Source: a virus (taxonomy: Duplodnaviria > Caudoviricetes). From it: 27,616 bases of DNA. Below the pieces are notes generated by a model. That model worked only from the letters and a program-made list of their open reading frames with translations. It was not told where the DNA came from and searched no databases. The position numbers and the translations under genes are program-made. This document shows, one piece after another, positions 26,655-27,616 of this stretch. Location of the stretch: IMG/VR virus record IMGVR_UViG_3300044724_002767, positions 1 through 27,616 of that record. One strand, given 5' to 3'. Position 1 is the stretch's first letter. Each line of letters starts with the position of its first letter.

Positions 26655-26761
26655 TTCTCCCACCTTTCCCTATCTTTCTTTCTAAGAACCTTACACTCGT
26701 AGATAGTCCAACCCCAAATTGCTAATATTATTCCCATCATAACCCAAAAAAATGTACTCAT
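26651..26761 (-). CDS. 36-aa single-helix membrane protein (MSTFFWVMMGIILAIWGWTIYECKVLRKKDRERWEK)
   Basis: Read manually; TAATG- and ATGA-coupled to phoH and lysozyme. Confidence 0.7.
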   Translation of the reverse strand: MSTFFWVMMGIILAIWGWTIYECKVLRKKDRERWEK

Positions 26762-27474
26762 TATTCGTTTCCAAATCCAAGGCGTATTTTATTGATAAGA
26801 TAGTTACGAACAAATCCTGACCGAACAATATCACCAATAGTAAATTCGGTGCAATTAAATTCTTCCATCTCATCTAGTATTCTAAAGAAATCATGTAAAC
26901 CATTTCTCTCATTTTGTTTTTGCAAATCTGTTTGGTCAAAGTCCCCACAGAATACAATCTTTGCGTCTTGTCCAACTCTAGTTGTAATCGTATCAAGTTC
27001 ATGAAAATTCATATTCTGACACTCATCTACTATAATAATTGCATTGTCCATTGTCAACCCCCTTAGAAAAGAAGTTGATAAAAAGTGCAATGAGCCTTGA
27101 CCTTTTAACCTGTCGTATAGATTGTTAAACGATTGCTCGTTAGGTTGTTCGAATATGAACTGCACCATGTTTTGATATGGTATCTGATACAACGCAGACT
27201 TATCGTCTTCATCGCCTGGCAAAAAACCAATCTCTCTTGTTGGTATAAGTGAACGAACCAACACAACCTTCTCGTATGGAGTTTGTAAATTCATTACATC
27301 TTGCATTGCGAGATACAATGCACAGAATGTTTTGCCTGTACCAGCCGCACCATAAAGAAATTGGTTTTGTCCTTTCTTCCAAGACTCAAAAACAATTTTT
27401 TGGTTGTCTGTAATTGGTTTTATTGTTACTAGATTACTTGCGTTTATTTCTTTATTCTTTTTTGTACTTGCCAT
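26761..27474 (-). CDS. phoH: PhoH-family ATPase
   Basis: GAAGTGKT, IGFLPG, FLRGLT, IVDECQN, GD..QTDL, DIVRSG. Confidence 0.96.
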   Translation of the reverse strand: MASTKKNKEINASNLVTIKPITDNQKIVFESWKKGQNQFLYGAAGTGKTFCALYLAMQDVMNLQTPYEKVVLVRSLIPTREIGFLPGDEDDKSALYQIPYQNMVQFIFEQPNEQSFNNLYDRLKGQGSLHFLSTSFLRGLTMDNAIIIVDECQNMNFHELDTITTRVGQDAKIVFCGDFDQTDLQKQNERNGLHDFFRILDEMEEFNCTEFTIGDIVRSGFVRNYLINKIRLGFGNE

Positions 27475-27488
27475 TTTATGTCCTATTT

Positions 27489-27548
27489 AAAAAAAGGTGA
27501 GGGGAGCCAACAGTCAAGGATGTTCGCCTGAGGGTGTCAACTCCCCTC
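27489..27548 (-). terminator. Long hairpin plus U7 upstream of phoH (terminator, attenuator or end of an ncRNA)
   Basis: GAGGGGAGTTGACA/TGTTGGCTCCCCTC 14-bp stem with 3 G:U pairs, followed by ACC-TTTTTTT. Confidence 0.65.
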
Positions 27549-27616
27549 TGGTACATAGGCGGATTGACTTCCAAGCTTCCAAGACGCCGTGCATCTGTGC
27601 TGAAGTGTGATTTCTC

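Noticed and set aside
26691-26873. 60-aa minus-strand ORF
   Set aside because: Overlaps phoH; the coupled 36-aa ORF in another frame explains the gap better

Overview
Segment of a large, AT-rich T4-like myophage genome, probably marine, with an unidentified proteobacterial host. It holds replication genes (gp43 polymerase, gp32 SSB, gp59-like loader, ThyX, exonuclease), late and structural genes (gp33, gp2, gp4, gp48, gp53, gp54-like, gp26, gp51-like, tape-measure-like), lysozyme and PhoH. Accessory genes include two A-type Fe-S carriers, two further 2OG-Fe(II) oxygenases and a TorF-like porin, and there are tRNA-Thr and tRNA-Ala genes. Main observations: (1) a circularly permuted, two-piece tmRNA whose intervening segment is closed by a 13-bp stem and is filled by a complete small membrane-protein gene with its own RBS; (2) a C5-cytosine methyltransferase and a TET/JBP-like dioxygenase flanking the polymerase, the TET ending in a clamp-binding-like motif; (3) a candidate -1 frameshift fusing gp26 to the gp51-like ORF upstream of the tape-measure-like gene; (4) a foreign gp4 fragment marking a recombination scar; (5) a structured RNA upstream of phoH. 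All family assignments come from motif recognition by eye; no searches were run.
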